Shown: one piece after another, positions 51,705 through 64,000 of the stretch
Numbering within the stretch: position 1 is the stretch's first letter
Layout: each line of letters opens with the position of its first letter
Assembly (NCBI GenBank): GCA_964016885.1
Contig: OZ024744.1
Location: 41,416,001 to 41,480,000, forward strand
DNA: 64,000 bases
Direction of reading: 5' to 3'
DNA from: Eledone cirrhosa
Taxonomy: Eukaryota
The notes under the pieces: generated by a model
The model's input: the letters and a program-made list of their open reading frames with translations, nothing else
What the model was told of the DNA's origin: nothing
Databases searched by the model: none
Translations under genes and position numbers: made by a program

Positions 51705-54700
51705 TTGGAAAGATCCTGGGTCAGAAAAAGAGACACCATACTTCTATGATGGATGGGCTCTGGGAAATGATCCAGCTAACAAATTGGTCCTTTCAGTGCA
51801 TGGCTTGTAAGTCTGCATCTACCATTGCTGCTGAACAACAACAACAAAAACCAAAGATTGTGTCTTCCTCTACCATTGTTCCTGAACAACACCAAAAACA
51901 AAAAAACCAGCAACCGTAGCTTCTGCTACTACCCTTGTTGAAGGAGTTCATCAAAAACAGCAACCCATGTCTTCCTCCTCCGTTACTTTTCAACAACAAC
52001 AACCGACAACATGTCTTCTCATACCATGCCTGTTGAAGGAGAGGAAAACAACAAAAATCGACCATCAAATACGGAGTTTGAGGAGATACAGCAAATGATT
52101 TCCACTTTAAGCCGAGAAATAGCGGGAATAAAATCAAGCATTTGTGTAGAACCTCACAATGAGGGATCTTACCGGAGTGCCTTGTTAAAAAATCTCCGCG
52201 TAACTCTTGTCGAACCTAGATGCATTGAGAATGCCACTGAATCTGTAAATCACAAAGTGATTGCCATTGGTCTACCAGAAGACATAGTTGATCTTCAGCT
52301 ATTTGCTGCCAGTTCATCCAAAGACTTGGGCTGTGCTCCCCCGAAGGGTGCTCTACGCCTGGGCCGACCAGGTCCAAAATCCAGGCTAATTAGACTGGCT
52401 TTTTCAAACTCAACTGAGGCACGTTCATATTTGTTGGCCTCTGATAAAGCTAAGCGTGAAAGTCGGATTGCCTTCCGAACATGCCCTGGTCTTCTACCTG
52501 ATGTCCGCCCAAAGCTGCGTGATGCAGCTTGGCAGAACATGAAAACTTCAGCCTACGTGATGATGGGGAGATATGGAAATTTATTAAGGCTGGTGGAAGA
52601 TGGAAAAGAGATACCAGCTGGTCTGAAAACACTGAACCCACAACAACTGACAATAAAAAAAACTGAAAAAACTCTGGGAAACTAAATCAGAACAACCTGC
52701 CATTCCCTGCACATAATCATAGCCTGGAATCAAGGTACAAATTGTTGTCCTTGAATGCACGTAGCCTATGCAATAAGATACATCTTTTTGACTCCTACAT
52801 CAAAAGTATCAACTCTGACTTCATTACAGTCACGGAAACATGGAAACAAGGGCATATTGCTTACTCTGTGATGGGGTTTTCAGCATAACTGGCTACAACT
52901 TGTTTGGTAAAGACCGCATTAATCGTCGTGTTGGTGGTGTAATGGTCTACATTCGGTCAAATTTGTCGGCAATTCCTTGTGTTGATTTGAACCAATCGCA
53001 GCAGGAAGTTTTTTTCTGCGACATACGTATGACCATGTCAACACTGCTACTTGGAGTCGTTTACCGTCCCCCAAATTACCATCAGGACACTCAACTTTGT
53101 GATATCCTGAGAGCTGCTGCCAGGAAAACAACCACTTATGTTTTTATTGCAGGGGACTTCAATCACTCTGCGATTGACTGGGAAACCTTTCATTGGCCAC
53201 AAAGTGCAAATGACTTCCTTGAGCTAGTGCTGGACTCGAACTGGTCCCAAGTAGTCACCTCCCCAACAAGAAGTGACAACACTTTGGACCTACTCTTCAC
53301 CACTACTCCTGAAATGGTTATTAATGTTACTACTAAGGAACCTTTAGGTGACTCTGATCATGCTATGATCATTGCCAATCTATCCCTCATGGGCAGTAAC
53401 AAGAACCACAACCATCTCCAAACTGCTCACTTTGACTGGAATAAAGCAGACTGGGATTGTTACTGCACTGAGTTGCAACGTCCAAACTGGCTTGAGTTCT
53501 ACCACTCTGGAGATGTCAACACTGTACTCCAGAACATTCTGAACTCTATATGGACAGTATGTGCAGCATCGGTGCCATGTAAGCAGAAAAAACATCTCAA
53601 AAGTGCAATTTGGGAGACTGTAGCAGTCCGTCTTGCCAGAAAAGAACGTTGAAATGCTGAACGTGAGTACAAACTGCATAAATCAGATGTCAATAAGAAG
53701 AAGCAAAATAAATCATCCAACCATCTCAAACAGGTGACAAAAAAAGCAGTGCTTGAATTTGAGCAGCGCATAGCAACCAGCCCTGACAGTCAGGTGTTCT
53801 GGAAGTATGTTCACTCAAAGCAGAGGCCTCGCTCTCCAGTTGGTCCTCTTTGCAATCCCCACACAGGCCAGGTTACTAATGACCCCAAGGAATGCGCAAG
53901 GCTCATTTCTGAATGCTATGCAGGCATTTTCCCTATTGAAGACCAGAGTGTACCGTCTGCACCACCTTTGACATCGGATTCTATTACAACCATGGAATTT
54001 ACACCTGCAATGCTGCGACGTCACCTAAAAGATAAACACAACCATGCCTCTCCTGGTCTTGATGGTGTTATTTACCTGCTTCTTAAACGTGGTGGGTACT
54101 TCCCTCTGCACCAGCTATCATGCTTCTTCCAATTCTGTCTGATGGTGGATGTTGTTTACCTTGATTTTGCTAAAGCTTTCAATTCTGTGCCACACAAAAG
54201 ACTTATGGTAAAACTCTCTGCAATGGGTGTGAAGGATGATATTTTTAACTGGTTGAAGTCCTTCATTCTCAGTCGAAGAGAGGTAGTCACGGTTCTAGGA
54301 CAGCATTCCTTACCATATGGTGTACCACAGGGATCTGTGCTTAGTCCCCTTTTGTTTGTGGCATATATTAATGACATAGATCCCAACTTAAAGAATGCCA
54401 CAGTACTGAAATATGCAGATGACATCAAGCTATACCTTGAGATAAAAAGGACAGATCCTGAACACTATAGATCTTACCTACAATCTGACCTGGACACAAT
54501 GCAACAATGGATCTCAGACTGGCAACTCAAGCTAGCTGTGGGCAAGTGCACATCCATGCATTTTGGGAGTAAAGACCCAGCGTACACATACTCCCTCCAC
54601 AACACTAATATCAAGAAGTCTTCTTGTGAACGTGGCCTGGGCATTACGGTCAGCAGCAATTTGCGTTGGACGAAGCACATCTTTAAAATTGTCAAGAAGC

Positions 54701-55393
54701 CCGAGGGTGTTTTAGCATCACTCAGCAAGACCTTTGTCAGTTGCTCTCCAGCTATCTATTTAAAGCTGTATATAGCTATGGTGCGGCCACACTTGGAATT
54801 TGCATCACCAGTCTGGAACGCCTATCTTGCTCAGAACATTGACCACCTGGAAACTGTTCAGAGATGTGCAACCAAGCGTATACCCTCCATCGGGCATCTA
54901 CCATACTCTGAAAACGCCTAGCTTCCCTGGGCATGGATACATTGAAGCACCGACGTCTGGCAACTGACTTGGTAAACACCCACAAAATTATTAACCATCT
55001 TGCCAACAACAACACTGAGTACCTTTTTGATTTCCATGTGTCTAACACACGTGGGCATGCCCAGAAAGTCAGAAAACAGCACAGCTTCTATGACTTTCAC
55101 AAACATTTTATCACACTCAGAGTTGCTGAAGCATGGAACAAACTCCCTGCACCAGTTGTTAGCTCTTGAGACACTGCATCCTTTAAAACCTCCATGCTTC
55201 CTGAGATTCGCCAACACCACACCTAATATTCCCCCTCCATACACATGCACACATGTATATCATGACTCATACACTATTCACTTCCCTGACATTTGTATAT
55301 TATTCTATGTACTATAAATGCACCTTTGATGAGTTGTAGTGCACCTGATCACTGTACACAATAATTTCCTTATTATTATTATTATTATTATTA
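51705..55393 (+). mobile_element. CR1-clade LINE, degenerate ORF1 plus ORF2 (APE-RT) with internal deletion
   Basis: 'GVVYRPP', 'IAGDFNH', 'LGDSDH', 'DVVYLDFAKAF', 'GVPQGSVLSP', 'KYADD' and 'VRPHLEFASPVW'. (ATT)n tail at 55370-55393. Confidence 0.9.
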
Positions 55394-55689
55394 TATCGAA
55401 TCTAGAAGATTTTGATATTATTCATTTTGAGAACAATACCTTAACATCAGTATGAGCAGCCAGTTACAGCCGGTTTGAACAGAAGGAAGTGAGAGAATTG
55501 TGGATAGATATGGTCAGTTCAAATGTTAAATTTGCCTTTCATTCTTCTGGAGTTGATAAAATAAAGAGCTAGTAAAGTACTGGAGCTCAATATAACCAAC
55601 TTTTTCCTTCTCCTTACAAATTGCTGGCCTTGTGCCTAAATTAGATATCGTTGTTGTTGTTGGTGGTGGTCACATGTGTCTATTCACTA

Positions 55690-58170
55690 AAATGGAGACA
55701 TTTAACGTAGAAGAGAACTGGGAGTTCCTAAAAAATAACTTACTAGAGGCGACGGATGAGGTTTGTGGCTGGAGTAAGACCTCAAGCAGGAGGAGAGTGA
55801 CTTGGTGGTGGAACAATAAGGTAGATGAAGCAGTCAAGGCCAAGAGACAGGCATGGAATGAATGGAAGAACGGGGGGAGCAGGGTACATTACATAGAGAC
55901 CAAGAGGGAAGCTAGGCGACAAGTATACTTAGCTAGGAGGGAAGCAGAGGATAGAAAATTCAAGCATATTTTACAACGTTAGGACCAGAAATAGGAGGTA
56001 TTCAAGATTGCGAGGCAGTGTGTCAGAGATAGTTGTGATGTCATTGGAGAGAAGTGTATCCGGAATGATAAAGGTGAGCTTGCCCTCACAAGTGCTGAGA
56101 AGAAAGATGCATGGAAGAGTCATTATGATAGATTACTAAATGAGGAGAATGCATGGGAAGAAGAGACCCTACCCCATGTAGACCCTATAGAGGGACCAGC
56201 AGTACAAGTCAGCGGCAGCGTAGTAAGTAAGGCAATCAGAGATATGAAGATGGGGAAGGCAACCGGTCCATCGGGTATAGCTGCCGAGATGCTGAAGGCA
56301 TCTGGGTCTGTAGGTCACACTATAACCACACGTATCGTTAACCAGGTAATACTAGAAGGGGCCATACCAAAAGATTGGTGCAGTAGCATCATTGTCAACT
56401 GCTACAAAGGTAAAGGCGATGCACTAGATAGAGGAAACTATGGAGGTATAAAGTTGATGGACCAGGTCATGAAAGTAACAGAAAGAGTTATAGCACAGCT
56501 GATTAGGGACTGGGTGAATATAGACGAGATGCAATTTGGGTTTGTACCAGGGAGAGGCACCACTGATGCCCTCTTCCTTGTGAGGCAATTACAGGAAAAG
56601 TACCTAGCTAAAAGTAAGCCACTCTACTTGGCATTTGTCGACCTTGAGAAAGCCTTTGACAGAGTTCCACGTGCAGTAATCTGGTGGGCTCTTAGAAAAC
56701 TAGGAGTAGATGAATGGCTTGTGAAAGCGGTACAAGCCATGTATAGGGGAGCAGTCAGCAAAGTTAGGATTAGCAATGAGTATAGCGAGGAATTTAGCGT
56801 ACAGGTTGGGGTCCACCAGGGCTCTGTTCTTAGCCCTCTCCTGTTCATCATAGTCCTGCAGGCAATAACGGAGGAGTTTAAGACCGGATGCCCATGGGAA
56901 CTCCTGTATGCTGATGACCTCGCACTCATAGCTGAATCTATGGTAGAACTAGAGAATAAATTCCAAACCTGGAAGCAGGGACTAGAGAGAAAGGGCCTCA
57001 AAGTCAACATGACAAAGACTAAGGTCCTTGTAAGTAGACGAGAAAACAGAACCCAGATCCCCTTAGGGAAATGGCCTTTCTCAGTATGTAGGAAAGGTGC
57101 AGGTAGGAACTCCATTCTCTGCCCCAAATGCAAACAATGGGTACACAAGAGATGTAGCGGGATCTCAGGAAGCTTAATTAAGAATGTAGGATTCACATGC
57201 AGCAGCTGTGCTGAAACAGCAAGCAAACAGCCACAGGAAACAAGTACCACCAATCTCTGGGAGGGCCCTGTAGAAACAGTAGACAGCTTCTGCTACCTAG
57301 GTGACCGAATTAGCAACGGAGGTGGGTGCTCAGAAAGTACAATAACTAGGGTAAGAACGGGATGGAAGAAGTTTAGGGAACTACTACCACTGCTAGCTGC
57401 AAAAGGCTTCTCCCTCAGAATGAAAGGCAGACTGTATGATGCGTGTATCCGAACAGCGATGTTGCATGGTAGTGAGACATGTGCGCTGAAGGTGGAAGAC
57501 TTACGTAGATTAGAGAGAAACGAAGCCTGCATGCTCCGATGAATGTGTAACAGTAATATACGTGAACGACAAAGCATAAAGGAATTGAGAGAGAGACTGA
57601 GCATAAGAGGAATCAAATGATGCGTGCAGGAGAGGCGGTTACGCTGGTATGGACATGTGATGCGTATGAAGGATGACAGCTGCATAAAAAGGTGCAGAGC
57701 ACTAGAAGTTGATGGAAACCGCGGAGTGGGGAGACCCAAGATGACTTGGGATGAGGTGATAAAAGCCGACCTTACCCAACTACACCTCTCAAAGACAATG
57801 ACACACGACGGTGACTTCTGGCGTCACGCAGTAATACAGGGTACCCGACCTCCTATGGGTACATGCTGAAGCATATAAACAATATGCCCCCACACCCCCC
57901 ACCGCAAGGTGGTCGTGGAGGTGCCACGGCAAAAAAGCACCCAGCCCACACTGTAAAGTGGACGTGTAGGCGCCACGAAAAAGCACCCAGCACTCACTGT
58001 AAATGAGGTTGGTGTTAGGAAGGGCATCCAGCTGTAGAAATCAAGCCAGATCAGTTCCTGTATGAGCAAGGCATGGTCAGCCGACCAGACACTGCCCACA
58101 ACAGGACAACCCGTCTAACCCATGCTAGCGTGGAAGAACGGACGTAAAACGGTGATGATGATGATGATAA
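55690..58170 (+). mobile_element. RTE LINE, 5'-truncated, with stops
   Basis: ORF 56244-57542 has the complete RT core. 3' UTR and (GAT)n tail. Confidence 0.95.
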
Positions 58171-59264
58171 TTGTTTGTACTATCTTCACTAAATGCCTCC
58201 TCCCTTGTGATCTTTCCTGCTGTCATATTGTTTCCTACATTCCTAATATTTCCTCTATTAGATTGGATGAAATAAAAACCCCACCACACCACCTAAAAAA
58301 AATAAATAAATAAAATAAATGACAAATAAATAAAATAAGAAACAGAATCCAAAAGTAAATGAAATAAAAAACCTAGTAAACAGCAAGGATTTAGCCAATT
58401 GGAAAGAGCAGGTTTGTGACCAATACAAAATGAATGAGCTGTGTAAACTAACAAACAAAGCGAACAAATCACAGAGAGCCTGGCTCATTAGAAAAGGAAC
58501 AAGCACAATAAATAAATATGAACAAATCGAAAAGAATATGTGATCAATCAAGTAATGTGTTTGACAATGCAGTACAATATTATTATAAATGACAGCCAAA
58601 TCAAAGAAAAGTTGTTGTTATTATTGTTGTTGTTGTTTAACCCTAGGCTAACCATAATCAAGCATCACTATCACATTTAACATTTTTTTTATTTCAGAGA
58701 CAAGCAATCAATTATAAGAGTCAAGTGAGAATTAAACAGATTATTTTGTGGTATTCGTTCTATCTCTTAGTGCTCTGAGATCAAATCTCACCAAGTTCAA
58801 CTTTCAAGGTTGATAAAATAAAATGCCTGTTAATTAATGAAGTTGACTTAATCAATTTTCACATTCCCTTAAATTGCTGGCCTTGTGCCTAAAGTAGAAA
58901 TAACAATCATAAATTACCTTCTTTGATATAAAAACATGCTACAGTACATTTCCTTTTTACAGGATGAACCAATAAAAAAGAAATGAAAGGGTTACGTAGA
59001 ATTTGGAGAAGTATACACTGTTGTAAGGCAACAAAATGGCAGTCTTTATGGTATCAGATACAATATTTTGTGGTATTCATTTTGGTTCTTTGATCTATTT
59101 CAACTTTGCCTTTTATCTTTTCAGTGTCAAAAGATACAGTATCAGTTGCTGGTAGTGGATTGGCAGAATTCTAAGAACATAGGATGAAATATCCAGCAGA
59201 ATCTGTTTTGGTACTATGTGTTCTAAGTTCAAATTCCACCTAGAGATTCAAATCTCATTGATGG

Positions 59265-59880
59265 CCAGAGCTAATCATTTGAATATGAGCCACCTCTGAT
59301 TATAAGCTACAAATGGCAGAGGAGGTGGTTTATGGCTGTCAGTTACAGCATTTCAACAATGTTCATGATTATGATGATGATGGTGATGGTGGTGAAGAAG
59401 ATACTGTTGCTGCTGCTGATGATGATGATGATGACGACGACAACGATGACTGTGATGATGATGATCATGATGGTACATGACTAATTACCCAACTACAGGA
59501 CCACAACTGATTATGAAAGCTGTAATGAGTTGGGGTTGATTGTGGTTGTCAGTTACTGTAGCTGAACAATGATGATGATTACGATGCTGATGATGCTGAT
59601 GATGATGACGATGGTGATGACGATGGTGATGTTGGTGGTGGTGGTGATTATGCAGGGATAATCACCAAACCACAGATTATGAGAGCTGCAATAGATGGAA
59701 GGAGATTGGGGGCCATCTGCTACTGTAGTCGAAATTCCAATTATGATACAGGGCTAATCACCTGACCATCGAGCCACAGCTCATTATAAGTGCTGTAATG
59801 GGATATCAAGAATGACTGAGGCCATTTGCTATGGCAGTTGAATGATGAGAATGATGATGATGGTGATGATGAGGATGATT
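59265..59880. repeat. Degenerate ~90-bp unit repeated 4 times, separated by (GAT)n tracts
   Basis: 'ctaat(c/t)a..ccac..gattat..agct..aat' at ~59270, 59480, 59660 and 59755. Confidence 0.6.
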
Positions 59881-60377
59881 GTTTTCTTCTTAGGTGGTTA
59901 AGTGTGATTTGAGGAAGATCTGGCTGCTATTTCTAGCTAGGAGATTGAGCAACCACATAGAGAATCCCTTGTTGGCTCATCAAAGAGACATAACCAACAA
60001 TGATGTTCACATTTTGTTGAAAATATCATTTTTGATATACAACTAAAGTCAGTGTGAAGTAGAGAGTATCTGCGTGTCTGTGTGTGCATATGAGAGAGTG
60101 GGAGGTAGTGGTAACCACACTGATAGAATATTGCACAGTCAGGCAAGATATTGGTAATTCATACACAGTCAACGGAATTGCTTTATGTTCATATCTGAGA
60201 AACTTAACTTCCATAGGCCAAGTCCATTCAAAATTAGTTCTGAAAGATATATCACACGTTAAAAGGAAATGAATACCTTGCTATACGTACACACACACAC
60301 ACACACATACACAAATGCCTCGCACACATATATGCATGTATATGCATGTATATATTTATGTATGTATGTGTGTATGT

Positions 60378-60768
60378 ATGGGGTCCATAATTTTGAGGAC
60401 AGACACATAGAGCACAAGAAGATCAAATGCGATGTGCATAAGCAATGCCCTGATGTATCTCTCGAAACAATTGGTGTCTCCATTGAATTGGTATGCCCTG
60501 AGTGTGGAAAGATGTGCTTGAGCAAATCTGGTCTCGGGAGCCTCAGTCAAAGCCATGTTCAAAGAGAACCAATGAACTATGATCTCCACTGTATTGTGAA
60601 GGTTCACAGGCAACCTGATGCAAGACCTGAGACCAGGGAGACCCATAGCTGTCATCATTGTGGGAAGGAGTGCAAGTCTCTAGCAGGCTTGAAAAGCCAT
60701 ATCCGAGCGTCACACATCTGAAAATGACAAGCGATTGCAATACTCTTGGCAGAGTTTGCAGCCATCAT
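60378..60768 (+). mobile_element. LINE (RTE/BovB-like) 3' end with two C2H2 fingers
   Basis: 'CPECGKMCLSKSGL..H' and 'CHHCGKECKSLAGLKSHIRASH' followed by a stop. No splice context. Confidence 0.6.
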
Positions 60769-60853
60769 GTATATATGTATGTATATATGTATGTATATGT
60801 ATTGGGAGATGCAGAGTGGTTATAGGGATATGTAATATATATATATTCACAAA

Positions 60854-60891
<38 letters not shown>

Positions 60892-60965
60892 CATATATGA
60901 AGTATTTCCGTAGAAAGGGTAAAGGAAGGGAGAGTGCTCTATGTATGCTACAGAGTTATTAAATT

Positions 60966-61037
60966 TTCCTTCTGATGAACGATTCCAGACGTTTCTGTTG
61001 AGCTCGGCTGTCTTCGTGAAACCTTTGGTAAATGGAA
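60966..61037 (+). ncRNA. Type I hammerhead motif
   Basis: TTCCTT-CTGATGA-ACGA..CAGACG..CGGCTG..TCGT-GAAA-CC/TTT/GG-TA-AATGGAA, GUA site. Confidence 0.65.
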
Positions 61038-61112
61038 TAATTGTATTGTGTTGTTTATTACATAATTATATATATATATATATATATATGCATACATATA
61101 TATATGCATACA

Positions 61113-61171
<59 letters not shown>

Positions 61172-61587
61172 GCATACATATATATATATATGGACATGTG
61201 ATGTGTATGAAGGATGACTGTTGCATAAAAAGGTGCAGAGCACTAGAAGTCGATGGAAGCCTTGGAGTGGGGAGACCTAAGAAGACCTGGGATGAGGTGA
61301 TAAAAATTGATCTTGCCCAATTGCACCTCTCACAGATGATAACACGGGACCGAGACCTCTGGTGTTATGCAGTAATACAGAAGACCTGAGTTCTCACGGG
61401 TACAAGCATATAGACAATATGGCCCCATGCATCTCCCACTGTACACGGCAAAATGTCCTGAATGAGCAACACATACTCACTTGACCTGGCATTGCCCACA
61501 ACAGGACAACCTGTCTAACCCATGCTAGTGTGGAAACATTGATATAAAATGATGCTGATGATGATATATATATATGTGTGTGTGTAT

Positions 61588-61722
61588 ATCCCAGGTTCAA
61601 TCGGGAGTAATCACAGTAAGTAAAGTACTCAATACATAGTAGAGTATATACAATGTTTGATATAGAAATGTCTTCTACAGGACTTCAAACGAAACAGTTC
61701 TAGTCCTGTAGAAGCCATTTCT
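61588..61722. repeat. Short fold-back repeat, family also at 5655-5720, 9925-10010 and 41015-41090
   Basis: 'agaaatgtcttctacaggact' / 'agtcctgtagaagccatttct'. Confidence 0.7.
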
Positions 61723-61749
61723 GTTGTGCTCTTTTTAAACATTAATTAT

Positions 61750-62720
61750 ACATTTGCAAATATATATAGATATGTATATATATTTTAAAAAATAAAATGT
61801 TGTTGTTTGCTTGAAGCATTGTATATAATACATAACGTTGAAGAGATAGAAGGCTAAACAATACAAAGTGGACTGTAAGATGAGGTAACGAAAAGTAAGT
61901 TACTCTGTTTTGTTTTGTTTTTTGTTTTTTGTTGTTGTTGTTCTTTTGTCCCTCCAATATTTCGAGACCTAAAATTCCCTTCTTCAGGGTTTAAAGAACT
62001 TTCAGTGGATAATGTTCCAATTTCTTCTCTTTGGGATTAAATTTTGATTTAAATTTTTTCTAAGCTATTTTAAAGCATTTTCAAAATTATTATTTTGCTA
62101 TTCACAAGAATGACGTCAATTGCCAATTTCATGAAATCAATTTTCTTTTTTGTATGAGATGTATAGTTTGTGTGCCTGTGGGTGTGTCTTTATATGTCAT
62201 GTACTGTGTGCTGAGTTCTAATCTATTATTTATTTGCGGGTTAAGTCTACGTATGAGCAAGGCTTCCTAAATTCTTAAGTTGCCCACATTACTATCACTG
62301 GCTTTAATGGTAACGGTAATATGTTGGTTGATGTTTCTACATTTGTCAATGTGTTTTTTGAATTAGGATGTGTGTGTTGAGGTGTTCTTTGATGCAAGTG
62401 TGGAGTGTTCGAGTCGTGCTACTAATGTAGAACTCCTTATATTTGTTGTATTCAATCCTGTATACCAATTGTGTCCGCTGGCACATACCTGTATCGTGGA
62501 TAGGGTAGTTAGTCAGTGAGCATTGATTGTTGTTGTCTCTGGATTGCTTTTTAGACAGGTATCCATGTATTGAAAGGCTGGAATGTGTTAATTGTATGTC
62601 CAGTCCTTCTTTGCAGATAACTCTGCGGATAACTGTGGTTATATTTTCGCTGAAATGTGGGAATTTCATGAAGCAGGTGTTAGAGGAAGTCTTATGTTGA
62701 CAGCACCTTCGATTCTTAAG
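61750..62720 (-). mobile_element. Penelope-like 3' fragment (GIY-YIG) with terminal HHR motif at 61954-61989
   Basis: ORF 62346-62669 'LVYRIEY..FYISSTTRTLHTCIKEHL'. Minus strand CC-CTGAAGA-A-GGGA..TCTC-GAAA-TATT-GG. Confidence 0.75.
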
Positions 62721-62724
62721 TCAA

Positions 62725-64000
62725 TTCACTGTGGATGTTGGTACCATGAATGTTGTCACATTGAAAAGTCGCTCTAACGAGGCTGTAGAGATGCTTGAAC
62801 GTAAAGAAGTTGATGTTTGTTGTGTTCAAGAACTAGGTGGAGGGGTGTGTCTGCTAGATTCATTGTGGGTAAAAAACGAAGCTATAAACTTTTCTGGATG
62901 GGAAATGACAACAGGCTGGGTGGAGTAGGAATTATGTTAGCAAAAAATGGTTAGGTAAGGTAATTACCATAAATAGAATAATTCGACAGAATAATTAAAA
63001 TAAGACTTGTCCTAAATAGAACTACTGTGACAATAATATCCGCTTATGCACCCCAATCTGGACTGCCTGACGTTATAAAAGACAGGTTCTATGAGTCGCT
63101 AATGCTCACTACCTCCCAAATAACCGACAATGACTACATAATTATTGCTGGCGACTTTAATGGTCATGTTGGACAACATTGTGACAGCTATGATAGAATC
63201 CATGGAGGCTATGGGTTTTGTGCTAGAAATGAGGAAGGATTCAGGATCCTGGAATTCTGTGATGCCAATAACACAAACTTCAAAAAACGAGACAATCACT
63301 TGATCACCAATAGATCAGGGGAGCACACTAACCAGATAGATTTTATCCTTACTAGAAGACGAGACAGAGTGTCTGTTGTAAATACTAAGTCCCTTCCTGG
63401 TGAAGAATTCACCTCCAAACATAACTAGACAAACTCGATGACAGAGGACAACCTTGAGGAGAAGAATGTGGAAGTCGAAGGACCTCACCGCCAGTAACAA
63501 ACTTAAAAGCATACTACTTGATGCTTTTGACAGTAAGGAACAGCAATTAGAGACGTACAATATAGAGGAACAGTGGGAATTCCTGAAAGTTAACCTGCTG
63601 AAGGAAGCAGATGAAATCTGTGACTGGAGCAGATCTTTAGGGAGGAGGAGAGTGACTTGGTGGTGGAATAGTAAGGTGGAGGAGACAATTAAGGCCTAAA
63701 GATGGGTTTGGAAAGGATGGCAGGATGGGGAAGTAGAGAACACTATTAGGTGGCCAGGAGAGAAGCTAGGTGACAAGTGTACTTTGCAAGAAGGGAAGCA
63801 GAGGATAGAAAGTTCAAGCATGTTCTACAACATGAGGACCAAAAAGCGTGAGGTGTTCAGGATTGCGAGGGAATGTGTCAAGGAAAAGTGTGATATTATC
63901 GGGGAGAAGTGAGCCCGTAATGATGATGGTGTACTTGCCCTCACTCATACTGATAAGAAGGTAGTGTGGAAGTGTCACTACTAGAGACTACTAAATGAAG
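62725..64000 (+). mobile_element. RTE LINE 5' part (APE), degenerate, runs off the window
   Basis: ORFs 62731, 63027 and 63454 align to 44611-46290. Confidence 0.9.

Noticed and set aside
60269-60721. C2H2 zinc-finger ORF as a host gene
   Set aside because: N-terminus is microsatellite, there are no TGEKP linkers or splice sites, and it fits a LINE C-terminus.

Overview
AT-rich animal genomic DNA, most likely an octopod cephalopod (inferred from the repeat landscape and a mollusc-type PC2 peptide). The only host coding sequence I could find is two small minus-strand exons of prohormone convertase 2 (PCSK2/PC2) at 30849-30886 and 25698-25774, so the window appears to be almost entirely giant introns. 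These are filled with RTE, CR1, Tx1/L1 and R4/Dong LINE copies, Penelope-like elements (PLEs), tRNA-derived SINEs, non-autonomous Helitrons, a mariner derivative, microsatellites and a 200-N gap. The most striking hidden signal is a dense set of type I hammerhead ribozyme (HHR) motifs from several unrelated short repeat families. Many sit in fold-back palindromes whose apex lies at the ribozyme core. One ~420-bp non-coding HHR unit occurs in circularly permuted copies, as expected for a retrozyme or circular-RNA retroelement. All folds were read by eye and none has been tested. Most ORF-track entries are microsatellite or antisense-TE artefacts.
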